Part shown: piece by piece, positions 62,832 to 64,000 of the stretch
Position numbering within the stretch: position 1 is the first letter of the stretch
How the letters are laid out: every line of letters starts with the position of its first letter
Origin: Octopus vulgaris
Taxonomy: Eukaryota
Direction: 5' to 3'
Assembly: GCA_951406725.2 (NCBI GenBank)
Contig: OX597839.1
Location: 28,830,001 to 28,894,000 of the forward strand
DNA: 64,000 nucleotides
Position numbers and translations under genes: made by a program
Notes under the pieces: generated by a model
The model's database searches: none
Told to the model about the DNA's origin: nothing
Seen by the model: the letters and a program-made list of their open reading frames with translations, nothing else

Positions 62832-62893
62832 AGTGATACGCACCGGACCGCGGTTTCGAGGTAATTGCCTCTTGTCAATGGGCGGTAATCACT
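62832..62893 (-). ncRNA. Type I hammerhead candidate with U3-A8 core
   Basis: Minus strand: AGUGAU UAC CGC CCA UUGACAA GAGG-CAAUUA-CCUC GAAA CCGCGG UC CGG U GCG U AUCACU. Confidence 0.65.
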
Positions 62894-63186
62894 GGTTTAC
62901 TAATACTAATAAAATAAAAGAAACAGTCCATTGTCCCTTGTTGGGCTCCCCTGAGTGGTTCAAATATGTCACAATTTGTAAAATGTAATTTATCAGCAAA
63001 TTACAGATTTCTGTCTCTTATTTCTTTCAGCTTCCAACTTTTTAAATGGCAAATCAAATGAAAAAGTCCCTTCAATATTTTTAAATAGTGTGGCCCACCT
63101 GATGAGGAGCTATGCTTCATGCGGCCCCTCTTCTTGAAAAAGGTTGCTCATGACTATTCCAAACAAATATATTTTATATATTTTAC

Positions 63187-63570
63187 AGGCATGGTTGTGC
63201 GGTAAGAGGCTTGCTTCCCAGCTTCAGGTTCTGAGTTCAATCCCCCTGCGTGGCACCTTGGGCAAGTGTCTTCTACTATAGCCTCGAGCCAACCAAAGCC
63301 TTGTGAGTGGATTTGGTAGATGGAAACTGAAAGAAGCCTGTCGTATATATGTGTGCATGTGTATTTATGTGTCTGTGTTTGTCCTCCCACCATCACTTGA
63401 CAACCGATGTTGGTGTGTTTACATCCCTGTAACTTGGTGATTTGGCGAAAGAGACCGATAGAATAAGTACTAGGCTTACAAAGAATAAGTCCTGGGGATT
63501 GATTTGTTCGACTAAAAGTAGTGCTCCAGCATGGCTACAGTCAAATAACTGAAACAAATGAAAGAGTAAA
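63187..63570 (+). mobile_element. SINE family A, full length
   Basis: Family match. Confidence 0.85.
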
Positions 63571-63831
63571 TTTTGAATGCAGAATAGCTGTGAAAACAAC
63601 TTAGAAGATTGGGTGAATAACCTTAGAAGATGGGGAAAAAATTGACCAGCAAGTTGCAACAGAGAATTGAACCATGTACCTTACAAATTTGGGCTGACCA
63701 CTTTGTATCATTAAGCTAAGAGATCCCTGACAACAGACATCATCTGTTATAATGTTAATTAATAGCTTTTGGAATACCAGTTCACTCAACATTTCTTTTC
63801 TTTCTTTATTTTTTCATCCATTGTTTTAAAT

Positions 63832-64000
63832 CCAGGTTTTGTCCCCGTTAACTGGGGTGGCTGGATCTACCTCATTGCCATAGCAACTGCCCTTACACCA
63901 TCTCACCATCTTGCCTAGTTTTGGAAGGCCTCCTTTTTCAAACCAACCCTTCCAATCACCTCCTCCACCTTTCCCTCGGTCTACCTCGCTTTCACACTCC
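63832..64000 (-). mobile_element. RTE-like LINE 3' end running off the window
   Basis: Minus strand reads KRGRPRERW, followed by a CCCCAGTTAACGGGG-type 3' hairpin. Confidence 0.6.

Noticed and set aside
63099-63140. Isolated CTGATGA/CTGACGA cores (also 27328, 28909, 46349)
   Set aside because: I could not assemble compatible stems around them.
63875-63887. X-box-like TTGCCATAGCAAC
   Set aside because: Lies inside an RTE 3' remnant and lacks the first G of the consensus.

Overview
AT-rich, microsatellite-dense eukaryotic DNA that is intergenic or intronic. The SINE, RTE and Helitron repertoire resembles an octopus (cephalopod) genome; this is inference from recalled repeat families, not a search. 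No intact host gene is supported, and nearly all listed ORFs are microsatellite or antisense artefacts. Supported content: (1) decayed retroelements (an RTE LINE lacking its RT core, further RTE, CR1 and R4/Dong-type ends, several tRNA-headed SINE families); (2) DNA transposons (DD37D/maT, mariner remnants, TA- and TTAA-flanked MITEs, and a GG...CC family with 8-bp TSDs that forms ~800-bp palindromes containing TTAGGG-like tracts); (3) non-autonomous Helitrons, one with a Rep-Hel remnant; (4) minisatellites, one with a higher-order repeat. The most notable signal is a set of minimal type I hammerhead-ribozyme folds in Penelope/retrozyme-like repeats. Their cores vary at the tertiary 3-8 pair: canonical C3-G8, swapped G3-C8 (GUGAACA, on both arms of an inverted repeat at 35094-35369) and U3-A8 (UUGACAA, 62832-62893). 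All folds were derived by eye and no activity is demonstrated.
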